DNA of 64,000 nucleotides, from the NCBI RefSeq assembly GCF_036321535.1, contig NC_087436.1, positions 68,140,001 to 68,204,000 of the forward strand, written 5' to 3'. This document shows positions 37,191-50,752 of the stretch, one piece after another. Origin of the DNA: Camelus dromedarius (lineage: Eukaryota). Made by a program: the position numbers and the translations under genes. The notes beneath the pieces were generated by a model, which saw only the letters and a list, made by a program, of their open reading frames with translations, had not been told where the DNA came from and made no database searches. Positions within the stretch are counted from its first letter, which is position 1, and the number at the start of each line of letters is the position of its first letter.

Positions 37191-39549
37191 GGTCCAAAGA
37201 TACAGATCATTGTCCATCACCGTTTTACTTCCAAGATCTTGTCAAAAAGCACTCAAGATTTTGAATTTTGATGCTCTAGGACATTGAACTGATGCCTCTG
37301 AGTAATAACATTACTAAAACAACCTCTGTTGAAGGTCAAATCCTTAGCTAAAATAAAAATGTAATTCCTGGCCAGCCTGGTCCTATATTACCGATAGTGA
37401 ACAAGTAAGTGTGACAGGTCTTTTTCTTTAGTAAAGTGTGGTGATTGTTCCTTAGAAAGTGGCTTCCATGAAGGTGTTCGCAAATTGATTTTCTTACAGT
37501 TGTTCTTGATGCTTTTTTTGCAGCAAGTCTTATCTGAGTTAATCTATTACTTTCTATATTGCTATGACCATAACTCAGATAAAACATAACACATTTTCAT
37601 TTTGTCACTCCATTATTTTTACAGTAAGTCAATATAATCTGACGTGAAGCATGCCTTGCTCAGCATTTATTGATCTGTTGGTTTGTTCATTGTTTACATC
37701 AAAACACCACTTGTCAGTTCTGGCCCTATTACAATTATCTTCTCATAGGGGAAATGACAGCTTCAAAGCCCAAATATGAGTCAATTTCCAAGGTGAGTTA
37801 CTCTCAAGATGCTGGTACAAAAGGTGTACCCCACTTCCTCCCTCTAGGCATGAATGATGGATAACTTTCATTTTCTAGCACAAAAAGAGAGACGCATATA
37901 TCTACCCTAACAAGATATCACTTTCTCCAATACAAGAGAAAGGTATTTTAATTTGCATCACAGTGCATGAGCACACAGTAGATGTTGAATAAATGATAAT
38001 CATTATTAACATTGGTTCAAACAACTGTGGACATGTCTAGTCATCAGCAGGAATCAATTTTGGTGAGGTGTGATGGAGAATAATGAGACAAGCCAAGTTG
38101 GAGCAACGTTTCTAACATCCATGGAAATTAAATTGGTCTTTCAAACTTCTCATGAGGCAGACAACAAACAATGGTAAGCATGATTTCTCAAGTGCCTAAG
38201 CTTCTTCTTGTTTATTTTAGAAGTATTCTGCAACCACATCAACTCTCTAAAATCATAGAAATATTAGAATTTTACTAACACTTCTACTAGCTAACTTATT
38301 GCACTAATATTTTCTAACTTCTTATTTTACTATCTACTCTTATTTCTAAAAAGCAATTTAACTTCTAATTCAGTCAGTAACCCTATGGACCCAAGCATAC
38401 ATTCACCACATTCCTAAATATAGAGAATTGTGCTTCTGATACCCCTTTTAATAAAAATGTCCTTAGCCTTTCCCCCTTGCATGTGAAAGTTATATTAAAC
38501 CATTCCTGGGCTCAGCTAAAAACCTCCTTTCTTCATGAACTCTCATAAATAAGGACTACCTACGCATATCTCTCTTATCTCCTATAACATATTTTGATTT
38601 CTTCACATGTTTCGGCACTTGAAAGAGAACTGCTTTTCTTGTCACTGCCATTCAGTGAATCACTTTTATAACACACATTGCAGCCTATCAGGCTAACAGA
38701 GTTTGTGTGATCTTTGGTAAGACTCTGATTCTCTGAGCCGAAATTCTAGTCATTCCCAGCTCTACAATTTTGTAATTTTATGAGTTGGCTTAGATTCTTA
38801 GCCTGGTATTATGTCCTAAGCAATTTTTATTATCCTCTCAGCACCCTCCAAAATAGTTAACTTAGTACACACATAGGAGTATAATAAGTACATGCTGAAT
38901 CAATGAATGAACGAATTCAGTAATTTAAGGCTTCACTGACTTAGAAAGTATACTTTGGGTAGAGAAATTTAGTTATAACCTCCACTGATTGTTTATGTTA
39001 TTGCAAGCCTTAGCCACTAATCCACTTAGATTTAAAAATGACTCACTAATTTCTTTTTTAATTTCAAAAGAGTTTCTCTAGACAACAGGGTCACAGTTAG
39101 ATATACACATACAAACAATGACAGATTTGTTTGAGTTGGGCAATCACTTTGATAGGCAATTTTTCAAAAATAAATAGATCATTTTTTTAACATTGTTTTC
39201 AAATTGTTGTAAAGGCAACTTCTACTAACCATGTTCAAAACCATTATAAAAGCTGAAGTAGCTTAAAATATGCATGTATGTATGCATATGTATATAAATT
39301 ACTGAAAACAGCTGAAAAGGAAAGAAGCAATAGCCTAAATCTATCCAAAATTTTAAATAGTGTCAAAACTTATCACTCTTTTAAAGTTTGTATATGAAAA
39401 TAAAAGTGAAATTAGATTAATCATAGAGACTTTAAGCCTGATTAAAATCCAGCAGGATGTGATATTTGTTCCTCTATGAAGATAGAAATGAGATGTTTCT
39501 GATTATATCCTACTCATCCCGTTGGTAAAAAAAGGATCTCCTTCTCTAA

Positions 39550-39992
39550 ATATTACAAGATGCCTGAGCACATGCTCCCCAACAATGGACACACGAGATT
39601 GAGAGAAGTTTGTTAGTCATATATACTCACAGCTCAAGGGAAGGAGACACTATATACTGTGCAGGGGTTGCATTCAGGAGCAGAGTGAACCAACAGTGGC
39701 TGTGGGTAGAAAGTTTATAGTAGCAAGAGGGTAATGTGCACCTTGTTCCTGCCGTAGGATGTGGTTGGCTTGTTGAGTAATTCTATGTGCAGGAAGGGAA
39801 GTGTAATCCATCAGGTTGAGGACCAGGTAGGGTGCAGCTAGTCCAGTTAACAGGGGAGCTAGCTGGGCGGGGAGCCTTTTTTGCCAGCGGAAAGTACATC
39901 TGACAAGAGCAAGGGAAGCAACTCACAGTTAGGTCTTTGGGGCCCTGTGAGGCTCAAAGATATCAAGAAGCACTTGAAATATTAGGCCTTAC
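39550..39992 (-). mobile_element. Probable ERV-L solo LTR (MER74/MER76-like)
   Basis: GC-richer ~440-bp block ending ...ttaggccttaCA, with motifs gtcatatatactcacagc and caggagcagagtgaacc. Family assignment tentative. Confidence 0.55.
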
Positions 39993-40069
39993 AGTACTTG
40001 AGCAATGTCAATATGAGACCAAGATCAGGGTATATAAAAGGAGAGAAGATTGTTAGACATTTATAATTT

Positions 40070-40335
40070 ACTATGGTTAGCAAAGGAGAAAGGGCAGGGA
40101 GGGATAAATTCAGATTTGGGGAATTAACAGACACCATTACTATATATAAAATAGATAAACAACAAGGACCTACTGTATAGCACAGGGAATTATATTCAAT
40201 TTCTTGTAATAACATATAATGGAAAACAATTTGAAAAGAAAGAGAAAAAATATATATGTATATGTAGAACTGAATCACTTTGCTGTATACCTGAAACTAA
40301 CATTGTAAATCAACTACATTTCAATAAAAAATTTT
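40070..40335 (+). mobile_element. 5'-truncated L1 3'UTR (cetartiodactyl-type)
   Basis: gggataaatt...aaaatagataaacaacaaggacctactgtatagcacaggga...actgaatcactttgctgtatacctgaaactaa...caataaaaaa. Homologous to the 59469-59868 and 63697-63946 copies. Confidence 0.9.
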
Positions 40336-40594
40336 TTAAGTTTTTAAGTTACTAGTCCTATGTTAAGTATTTTATGTATGCAGCCATTCATATATACAAG
40401 AAACAAGAGATAATACCCAAATGGCTGTGAGTGACACCTGAAATTGAGTATTTGGTATCAATAGATTTATAATACTGTAATTTTACTAACTTATGGAGCA
40501 ATGGAGTCTTAAAGTTTATTTATACTGAATATTTAATTTATCTAGCATGTAAGTTAGAAAAGAATAAATAGGACAAAGGGAGTAAGAAGCCCCT

Positions 40595-40595
<1 letters not shown>

Positions 40596-40631
<36 letters not shown>
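40596..40631. repeat. (CA)n microsatellite
   Basis: Perfect CA array. Confidence 0.98.
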
Positions 40632-40632
<1 letters not shown>

Positions 40633-41689
40633 GGGAGAGAAAGAAAACGACGAAGGAGAGGTAGAAAAGAAAGATAAGGAGGAGGAAAGATCACTTACTT
40701 AATCTTCCTTGCCACCACTCGCTTAAGTGTGAAGAGAGATCTCACCAGAGTCTTTCAAGACAGGAATGGTCCAAAACCATTATAAATGCCTTTGAAATTA
40801 ACAAGATGTTGGTAAATTACAATTAACATTGTGAAAATACAAGCATTAAGAACCCGCACGATTTAGCATGAATATATCTGCCAAGCTGTCAGAGCCGTAG
40901 AAGAAGCTTTTATCCTGACTTTCAACTGCAAGTACATCAAAGACCATGAACATCAAGCTTTCCCCCAGGAATTACATTTGCTATTCAATAAGCCCTGGGG
41001 AAAATGTTTCAGACATATCCTGGCTGTGTCCCTGTCAACATTAGACTGGGCCAGGGACAAATCCTAACAATTACACTGCATCTTGTAAAACATCTTTATA
41101 TTCTTTTAGGAAATAACTTCATACTCATCCATTTTTATCATGATGTGTGCACTACTACTTATTCCCTAGAAAATAAATGATAGCCACACTTTCCCCAAAA
41201 AGCTTGCAATGTCTTATCCATCAGTCCCCAAAGCAGAGAGTGCTATAAGCTGTTAAGGAGATTCTGGAAATGCTTTTGGATGGGAGGATCAGGAGGCTCT
41301 GATGCTTAGAGGTATAGAGCAGGGCAGGGCATGCATAAATGAATATCATCAGTAAAGCTTTGCTTAAAGGATCAATCACTCTGACTCACAAGAATGAGAG
41401 ATTTCCAACACCACCTAGATTTTAACTTGGGTATCTTAAAGGCAAAGAATTTTATAAAGTCAAGTAGAATCACCCTATAAATCTGAATGAAGCAGATGGA
41501 AACCTAATGGAATTTTTTTAACCAAATTTAGTTTGGTTAAACTGAGGGTTTATGTAAGACACTGTATCAAATCCCTACATAATAAAATGGAGCTATAAAA
41601 CTGAGTTGAAGGTTGGTTCCAAAATGTGAGTATTTTTAAAAGACATTTACCTTTGTTTAGAATTATAAATTCTCCTAGCCCTGGACATG

Positions 41690-43570
41690 CACCCTATCTA
41701 CTTCTTCTTGACTGCTGAAGCAGAGGTCCTATCAGATTCCCAACTACCTCCTTTTTCTCTTCTTTCCCTTCTTAGAGACTATTCTCCAGTCATTCTCTCT
41801 TCTGCAACTTTAGCCTTCTTCCTCTCTACTGAATCGTCTCATTCAATGTTCCAACATGTTTTAATTCCATCTGTATCTTAAAAAGATAAAATTTTGTATT
41901 CATATTCCCCACCCTGCTTATCCACACTATTTCTCTGCTTCACTCTACAAAGATGCTTCAGTGTTTAGACTATCTTCAATTCCTCATCTTCCATTCACTT
42001 TTCATGTAATTTCACATTAATACCTACAGCTACCACACTGCTGAAAATGCTTTTTCAAATGTTACCAAATATCTATATTGCCAAATCCAGGGTCTTCTTT
42101 TCTGCATGTACCTTACTTGGTTTATCATTCAAAACAGGCTAGATTTTCCGTTAGTAACAAAAGACCCAAACAACTACAACAGCTGATTTTTTACCCATGT
42201 TATATGTCCATCACAGATCAGCTATGGTGTGCCTTCACTGTAGAAGCCAAGTTGATGCTGGTGGAGCATCCTCTCCTTGGAACATTGCTGTGTTATGACT
42301 GAAGGAAAACAGGTAAGTGCCATACGTGCTAGCGAGAAGTGACATGTCACTTCTGGTAAAAGCAAGTCTATTGCCATGCAAGACTTTAAAAGGGAGGGAC
42401 AGTGAATATTGGTGAAGAGTATGTCAACTTGGCATGTCAACTATTTTTACATAGTTGAATATGCTTTCTTTCATTTGTTAACACTCCGAATATTTTGCTT
42501 CCACTGGCACTGTCCTTTCCAGATATTCCTTCTACCCTTCTGGCTGGTCTTTTCAGCCACTTTTGTTGACTACTTTTCTTATCTAACCTCTGAAGAGATT
42601 GGAATTCCTCAGGGTTCAGTGTAAGGCTTTTAATCACTATACACTCTTTCCTTAAATGTTCTTATCCACTTCCATGATTTAAAATATCACCTATATATAC
42701 AATTTGAAACATGTATCTCTAGCCCAGACCTCGCTTCTACACTCTAGGTTTACCTATCCAACTATTTCTTAGACACATATTCTCTTAGATATCTCACAAG
42801 CATCTAATATTTAGAAAACCCAAGACAAAACTTTTGATCTCCTGCCAAACCTGTTTCCCCCTCAGTCTTTCCATCATGGTAAACTGCATTTTCAGCCATC
42901 TAATTGTGCCAGAAACCAGAGAGTTGCTCTTATTACCTCACTCTCTTTCACCCCCACATCCAATCCATTACCAAGTCCTGGTGAGTCTATCTCCAAAATG
43001 TTCTCAAATAAGTCTGCCTGTCACATTTCTCCACCCTAGTTTAAGCCAGTTATGTCTGTCACTTTAATTACTACAGTAGTTATCCTCTTAAATCCTCCTG
43101 ATTTTCTTTTTTGCTCATTCTCCTGTATTTCTATGATTTCTTTATAGAGAAATTAGGCTGATCAATTGAAAACCAAATCCAATTTGATCTATCAATCTCT
43201 TGTTCAAAACCATAAAATGGTTTTCCACTACATTTTTAAAAAATAATAAACTCCTTAATGTGTCTTAAAAGGCACTCTCTGAATCCAAAAGACCTCTTTC
43301 CAATCTCATCTCTGCCCTTTCCTTCTCAGTCTCCAGCAAACTGCTTTCTCTCCAAGTCTAGGAACATGGCAAGATCTTTGCTGACTCAGAAACTTTGTAA
43401 ATGCTGTTCTTTCTGCATGGGTACCTTTCTCTTCCTCACTGCCCTCATCTTACTCTTAACTAACTGCTACTTACCTCTCCATCTGAGCTAGATAATTTCA
43501 TTAAGAGATCTTCCCTAGGAATCCAAACTAGTATTATGTTAGTTCTTACACAGCACCATATTTTCTTGCA
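41690..43570 (+). mobile_element. L2 LINE, interrupted by a MaLR LTR
   Basis: CT-rich L2 hallmarks: tctattgccaaatcc, ggaattcctcagggttcagt, tatctctagcccagacctc, catccaatccattaccaagtcctg. Confidence 0.8.
42125..42425 (-). mobile_element. MaLR LTR (old MLT1-type) inserted in L2
   Basis: aggctagatt...gtaacaaa...tggaacattgctg...gaagtgacatgtcacttctg...agcaagtc...gaatattggtgaa. The L2 resumes on either side. Confidence 0.65.
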
Positions 43571-43589
43571 TCACACTTTAAATATTGAG

Positions 43590-43955
43590 TATTGCATCAG
43601 TTTCCTAGAGCTGTTGTAATAAGTGTTACAAACTGGGGCTTCTAATAAAATAAATTTATTCTCTTATAGATATGAAGGCTAGGAGTCAGACATCAAAGTC
43701 TTGAAAGGGTCGTGCTCTCATGGAAAGTTCTGGGGAAAGAGACTCCCTTGCTTCTTCCTTGCTTTGAGGGGACAGCAGGAAATCTATGGCATTCTTTTGC
43801 TTGTAGATATATCACTTCAATCTCTGCCTCTGTCTTCCACACAGCTGTCTTCCTGGCATCTCACACTGTCTGCTTTCTGTGCATGTCTCTATGTCCAAAT
43901 TTCCCTCTTCTTGTAAGGACACCAGTCATTGGATTAGGCCCACCATAATCCAGTA
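43590..43955 (-). mobile_element. MaLR LTR (MLT1A-C-like)
   Basis: cagtttcctagagctgttgtaa...aaatttattctcttatag...ccaaatttccctcttcttgtaaggacaccagtcattggattaggcccacc. Confidence 0.85.
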
Positions 43956-43959
43956 TAAA

Positions 43960-46900
43960 TACAAATAGTTAACATACATCCATTATTGTTATTTATATTT
44001 CAAAAAGTTGTGGCAAATATAACCACTACCACAATTAAGATATATGATATTTCCATCACTTCAAAATATTTCCTCATGCCTCTTTGCAGATAAGCCCCCT
44101 CCCTAAACCTACCCCACCTCAGCTACAGGGAACTACTGATACGTTCACTGACACTGTAATTTACCTTTACCTGTTCTAGAGCTTCTCATGAATAGAATCA
44201 TAAAGTATGCCTGCTTTTATATCTTGTTTCCATTTACTTAGAGTGGTATTGTAGTGATTTCTCCACAGTGTTACTTGTATCAATAGCTTATTCCTTTTAC
44301 TGATGATTAGTTTTCCTTGTATAGATACACTACAATTTGTTTCTTCATTCACTTATTGATGGATGTTGAAGTCATTTCCAGGTTTTTAGCTATTAGAAAT
44401 AAAGTCTCCATGAACATTCTTATACAAGTTTTTTGTGGACAAATGTCTAATTGTTCTTGAGTAAAAACATATTAGTAGAATTGCTACATTATATAGAATT
44501 TCCATTTTTAATATTACAAGAGCTCTCAAATAGTTTCTCAAAGTGGTTGTAACATTTTATACTCCTCTTAGTAATGTATGAGAGTTCCAGTTGCTACACA
44601 TCTTCAACAACATTTTGTCTTTTTCAGTCTTCTTAATTTTAGCCATTCTAACGGGTATGCAATAGGATCTCACTGTAGTTTTAATTTCTATTTCCCTGAC
44701 TATTAAGGATGTTGAGCATCTTTACAAGAGCTTACCAACCATTTATACACCTCCTGATTATTTGTTCAAATCTTTTGCACATTCTATACTGGGTTATTTG
44801 TTATTGAATTGTAAGAGTTCATTATATATTCTACATACCAATTCATTTTTCAGATGCATGTAATGCAAATATTGTCTTGCAACCTGTAGCTTGCCATTTC
44901 ATTTATGTAAGTCTTCTAAAGAATAGGTTTGTTAATTTTTATAATTGATAATTCATGTTTTTGTGTCCTAAGAAAAGATCAAGAAGACTTAATTCTATAT
45001 TTTCTTCTAGAATTATAGGTTTTGTTTTACCTAAGTATATAATATGTGAAACAAGAGTAATGGTTCATTTTTCTATATGGATATCTAGTTTTTCCAATAC
45101 CATTTCCTTCGAAGACTGTCCTTTCCCTACTGAGTTTCCTGACACTCTAGTTAAATATCACTTAGCCATATTTGTGTCTCTATATTTTTATGGGCACTCG
45201 ATCTGGTCATTGATCTATATGTCTTTTCTTATACTCGTATCACACTGTCTTGATTTCCGTGGTTTGTAACTCTTGAAGTAGTGTACATTCTCCAAATTTC
45301 TCTAGTTCTTCTTTTTCATGATTGTTTTAGCTTTTGTATAGCCTCTTAAATTTTAAAAACTGGTTGCTAATTTCTACCACCATAAAAAAAAAAATACTCT
45401 ACTGATACTCTGACTAGGATTGTTTTGTGCATATATCTAAATGTGGGAACAATTTATATTTTAAAATGTTGTCTCTTAATTCATGGACATAGTATATCTT
45501 TCCATTTACTTACATCTTTAATTTCTATCAATAACGTATTGTAGTTTTCAATATATATGATTTACATATTTTTTAAAGTTTATCCCCAAATATTTTATGT
45601 TTTGATACCCTTGTAAATGGTATTTTTATTCGTTTTCAATTGTTTGTTGCATATGCATAGTAATAAAATTGTTGGGTTTTTTTGTTTGTTTGTTTGTTTG
45701 TTTGTATACCAATCGTGTATCCTGCACCCGATGTGAATTCACTTATTAGCTCTACTAGTTTTGTTGTAGATTCCTTGGGATTTTGCATATACAACAAACA
45801 TGCTCTCTGTGAATAAAAATAGTTTTACTTCTATTAAATCTGTTTGCCTTTTTAAATTTCTCTTTATATTATTACACTGGCTAGAGCAGCTACTACAATG
45901 CTAAACAGAAGTGTTAAAAAAGATACCCTTATCTTGTTTCCAATTTTAGGGGGAAAGTATCAGCATTAATAACTGTCACTTTAGGGTATTTATAAATGTC
46001 CTTTATCAGACTGAGAAAGTTTACTTCTATTCCTACTTTGTTGAGATTTTTTTTTTTATAAATAAATGGCTATTTAATTTTGTTGAATGCTTCTACATTT
46101 TTAGAGGGTTATATTGTTAATTTTCCTTTTTCTATTAAAATAGTGAATTACAGTTACTAATCTTCAAATGTTTAAACAATCTTGCGTTCCCAGGAAAATC
46201 CCAACTTGTCATGATGTATTTCCTTTTCATATGTCATTTGATGTGATTTTGTTAAGGATATTTTTTTCCTCTTACGTTCACGAGAGATTTTTCTCCTGTA
46301 TTTTTGTTCATTTGTTTGTAAAGTATCAGTCTGGTTTTAGTATCAGGATAATTTTAGCCTCAAAAAAAAATGAGTTCAGACAGTGTTCTCTTCTCCTGAA
46401 TTTTTAAAAAACATTTGTGTTGTAACGGTATTTATTTTTCCATACATGCTTAGTAGAAGTCACCAGAGAAGCCATTCAGACTGTGAGAAATGTATTAATT
46501 ATTAATTCAATGTCTTTAATGGATATAGAGCTATTTAGATTTCCCATTTCTTATTGTACAAGTTTTGGAATTTGTCTGTTACATCTAATTTGTCAAATTT
46601 AGTGGCATAACATTGTTCATAATATTCCTTAATTGTTGTTTTAATGTCTGTAGGATTTGATGTCTCCTTTTTCATTTCTGATGTTGGCCATTTGTGTGTT
46701 CTCTAATTTTTTCCCTGATAAGTTTAACTAGATTATCAAATTCATTAATGATTTCCAAAAAAAATACAAGTTTCAATGTTATAGATTTTTTTCTATTTCA
46801 CTGATTTCCTTTATTTATTATTTCCTTCTTTAAGACATTAATTTTAGGCATTTTTCCTTGTTTAATACACAAATTTAAAGCTTAAATTGCCACTAAGCAC

Positions 46901-48680
46901 TACTTTGGCTTAATGAAAAACCTTATATTGTGTTTTCATTACCATTCAGTTCAAAAGATTCCCTAATTTTCTTTTTGATTTTTTTTTCTATTTGGGGATT
47001 TTTATAAATATGAAGAAAGTTCCTGTTCATTATTAAATAATAATCCTTTGTGCTCGAAGGACATACTGCATATAACTTCAAATATTTTAAGTATGTTAAT
47101 AATCCTGTTATGCTTAGTATATAGTTTATTTTAGTGAATATTCCAAGTGCACTTGAAAAAAATATGTATTCTGCTGTTGTCAGGTACAGTATTCCACAAC
47201 TATCAATTAAGTCCAGTTTCTTGTAGTATTGTTCAAATACCCTGTCTCCTTAGTGATTTTCTGTCTTCCTATTCTATTGATTACTCAAAGGATGGTACTG
47301 CAATCTACAACTATCATTGTGGATTTATCTATTTCTTATTTCACTCCTTTAGTTTTTGTTCCATGCATTTCAAAATTCTCCTAAGTTTATCTTCTTGATA
47401 AATTGACTTTTCATTGCTATTAAAGAACATTAGAAATATTTTTGTGAGATGCACTGTGGCTTCACTAGCGATCGCTGCTCTTGTCGGGTCTGAACCTCCC
47501 CAACCCCTCCCCCAGGAGACCGTTGTGGTCGGCCAGGCCCTGCTCCTTGGTAACCACGTGTGACCGAAAGGCCGTGATCAAAAATGCCGGTATGTCCGAG
47601 GAGATGCAACAGGACTACATGGAGTGTGCTACTCAGGCACTGGAGAAGTATAATAAAGAGGACATTGAGGCCCATATCAAGAAGGAGTTTGACAAGGAGT
47701 ACAACTCTACCTGGCACTGCACTGTGGGGAGGAACTTCGGTAGTTAGGTGACACGTGAAACCAAACACTTCATCTACTTCTACCTGGGCCAAGTAGCCAT
47801 TCTTCTGTTCAAATCTGGTTAAAAGCATGGACTGTGCCACACACCCAGTGATCCATCCAAAACCAAGGACTGTAGCCTAAATTCCAAATACCAGAGACTG
47901 AAATCTTCAGCCTTGCCTAAGGCAACACCTCAATCTTTGAACCTTTATTGTGTTGTTGTGTACAGGGCATTCTCTACTAATTTGTTGTGGCTATAAAGCA
48001 ATTAGCAAAACAGCTTACATTTGTATTTATTTTCTATTGCATACCTCTCTGCCCCATGTTCTTCTCTTCAAAATCCATTCCTTTAAAGAAAATAAATCCA
48101 TTGGAGAAAAAAAAAAAAAAAGAAATATTTTTGTGCTTTAAGTCTATTTTATCTATTATTAACACAGACATTTCAGTTTTCTTAATGATGAGGGTTTGCA
48201 CAATGTAACTTTTCCATTATTTACTTTTACTTATCTGTGTCTACATAAAAAGTGCATTTTTTGATAAAAAGTATGCAGTTATTTTTTAATCCAGTTTGAT
48301 CATCCCTGACTTTCAATTGGAGTATTTAGATGGCTTATGTTTAATATAATTTTCAATATAGTTGAGTTTAAGTCTACCATCTTACTGTGGTTCTGTTTAG
48401 GCCATCTGTTCTTTGTTCCCTTTTTTGTATTTTCTCACTTCATTTTATTAATTAAGGTTTCTTTCAATACGTTTTATCTTCACTGTTACATTATTATATA
48501 TACTGTCTTATTTTATGTTTAATGATTGCTCTCGGGTTTATACTTGCATCTTTAACTTATCACAGTCTACTTTCAAATAACATTGCATTATTTTGAATCA
48601 TGTAAGAACTCAGTAACAGTATACTTCCATGGCTCCCTCCCCTAGACCTTTTTGCCACTGGGTTGTAAAATTTTATTTCT
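43960..48680 (-). mobile_element. Old L1 (L1MC/L1ME-like), ~4 kb, antisense, interrupted by the DYNLL1 retrocopy
   Basis: Continuous T-rich antisense L1 3'UTR/ORF2 hallmarks: atttccatcacttcaaaa, tgtatgagagttccagttgc, gatgttgagcatcttt, cttatcttgtttccaattttaggggga, gtgcacttgaaaaaaatatgtattctgctgttg. Confidence 0.88.
47447..48120 (+). pseudogene. DYNLL1: Processed pseudogene of dynein light chain LC8-type 1
   Basis: Intronless CDS 47556-47822 reads (ACG)[19 protein letters not shown]...[35 protein letters not shown]. The start is ATG>ACG, with TAG at 47745-47747 and a 1-codon deletion. It has a 5'UTR, a DYNLL1-type 3'UTR, AATAAA at 48091-48096 and poly(A) at 48107-48120. The TSD AGAAATATTTTTGTG is at 47432-47446 and 48121-48135. 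The MCDRKAVIK start and 3'UTR favour DYNLL1 over DYNLL2. Confidence 0.96.
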
Positions 48681-50524
48681 ATAGCTTGTCTTACATCTTC
48701 CTCCTTCTGTACTTATACCTCTCCATCAAGATTCATTCCTCTTTATTAATGTCTTTTTCATATCATAATCACTCAGTAATGTTCCCTAAGAACAACTGCC
48801 TTAGAGATTAACATCCTAATGCTTGCCATATGAGACTCAAAGGGGGTTGCTGGGATAAAATACTATACTCAAAAACATATGCTAATCTTTCAAAAGAATT
48901 ACATATGAAGTCTTCAAGTTTCCATGAGTATTTTCAAAAGTAACATATGCAGTCCTCAAAAGAAACAAGCAAGGCTTCTATATAAGTTCAGTAGTTTGAA
49001 ATGTTTGATATATGAAGGGGCATGAATACAATTCAGGCTGCTGAGCTAGAATTTATTTTTGTACTTTCTGGAAAATAGAATTTGATAAGCAAAGAACACT
49101 GTAAACATGGTAAATGCATAGCATATTTAACTGTGCAGGGCAGAAAACTATTTTTAAAGCAGAGAGTATCAATAGCTTTACAGTAAAAGAATTAATATGG
49201 GTAAAATCTGTTTGAAAAGAACAAATGGACAGTTTAAAATAAATGCTCTTCTCCATCCTCCCCTTTCTCAGACAGCAGTTACTCATTATAGCCCCAAGTT
49301 GTAAAGCCATATTTCTTGTGAAATATACTATAATTCAGATTTTACATCAAGTTGTAGTGACCTTCCTTTCAGTTAGTGTGAGTTAGTGAGGTTTTAAACT
49401 ATTTTTTATCACATAAAAACTGTAAAAAGCAGTTGGACCTATAGCTATTCCTCCACACTAGAGAACTGGGTGCTGGAGGGGTCCAGAAGAGAGAAGAATT
49501 ACTTTCATTGTATCACCTTTCCACTGCTTGAACTTTCTTCCATGAATATAAATGACTTTTTCAATTTTTAAAGAAGCTGCTAGTTAATAAAACCATTAAG
49601 TGATGTAATTTCATAATTTTATTGTGCATGCTCCATTATGGATTATAAACTGCCGTAGGTATGCACTAGCTTTTATTATAAGCATTATATCTGAAAAGGT
49701 ATTTGTTGTGCATAACTGACTACTATTTATTACACTTTATGATTATAAATGCAAAGCATTCATACACTAAATACAAATAATTAGTAATTAATAAAAATTT
49801 TTTGACAGTGTTAAGTAATAAAATCAAAATTTCATTGATTCCTATTAAAATTAAAATTCAACCAACAGGTTCATGGTTAAGGCCATCACACAATTGCCTC
49901 AAAGGGATTTTGGAAGTCAGATAAGGATGCAGTGAATTTTTCTCTCAAATGCCACATGTCTCATATATTTTCTGCAGAATGCTAAAAATGGCAAACAGTG
50001 GTGTAATGAAGTGGAACCTACCATTATTTCAGCATGGTTCATCATTATATCACTGAAGCAAGAACATGGCCTTACAAAATGTACTAGCTCCCTCCACTTT
50101 ACATCTAGAATTACAGAAAATTAAATAAAAGATGTAATTAAGCTGTTCTTGTGAAAAAATCCAAGAAGTGCTGCCTTTCCAATACCTCCCTTTGCAAACA
50201 TTAATGCTTTATACTTCAAATGTGCTATCCCTGTCTATCACTGGATTGGGAGCTGGGAGAATCTGACAAATTGGCACTAAGGCAGACATTTCAGAAATGA
50301 GATCAGCTCTGAGAACCTGGCAAACTAGAGAAAATTCCATTTTCTTCTTACCTATTTCTTTCAATTTAATTTTGGAGCCCATTCTAGAATACCAATTCTT
50401 ATAAAACAGCTAAGGAGAAAATTATTCATATCCTAGATAGGTTCTTGTCATGACTAAAGAGACTGAAGAGCAGTTCTGTCTTTAGAAAGGATTTCTGTAA
50501 TTGGAAGATAGCTGTGTGTCAGTT

Positions 50525-50752
50525 GATTATTGATGTATAGGTTTAAAGCAATTCCTATCAAAATCCCAGTAGGGCTTTTTGTAGGTATAGACAAGATTAT
50601 TCCAAAAATTATACAGAAAAGCAAAGAAAGTAAAATAACTAAAATAATTTTGAAAAAGAAGAATAAAGTGGGAAGAATCAGTCTGAGGCTTATACTATAA
50701 CTACAGTAATCAGAACAGTGTGGTACTGGTGCAGGGATAGACACACAGGTCA
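50525..50752 (+). mobile_element. Old L1 ORF2 internal fragment
   Basis: Translates as YRFKAIPIKIP...ILKKKNKVGRISL...TVIRTVWYW, collinear with young L1 ~29560-29790. Confidence 0.85.

Noticed and set aside
40692..40800. Minus-strand GTAAGT donor with an upstream tttcaaAG acceptor
   Set aside because: All three frames of the implied exon contain stops, and there is no other support.
47430..47840. 136-aa minus-strand ORF and the 88-aa plus-strand ORF as functional genes
   Set aside because: The minus ORF is the antisense shadow of the DYNLL1 retrocopy. The plus ORF starts at TTG, has lost the native ATG and ends at a premature stop.
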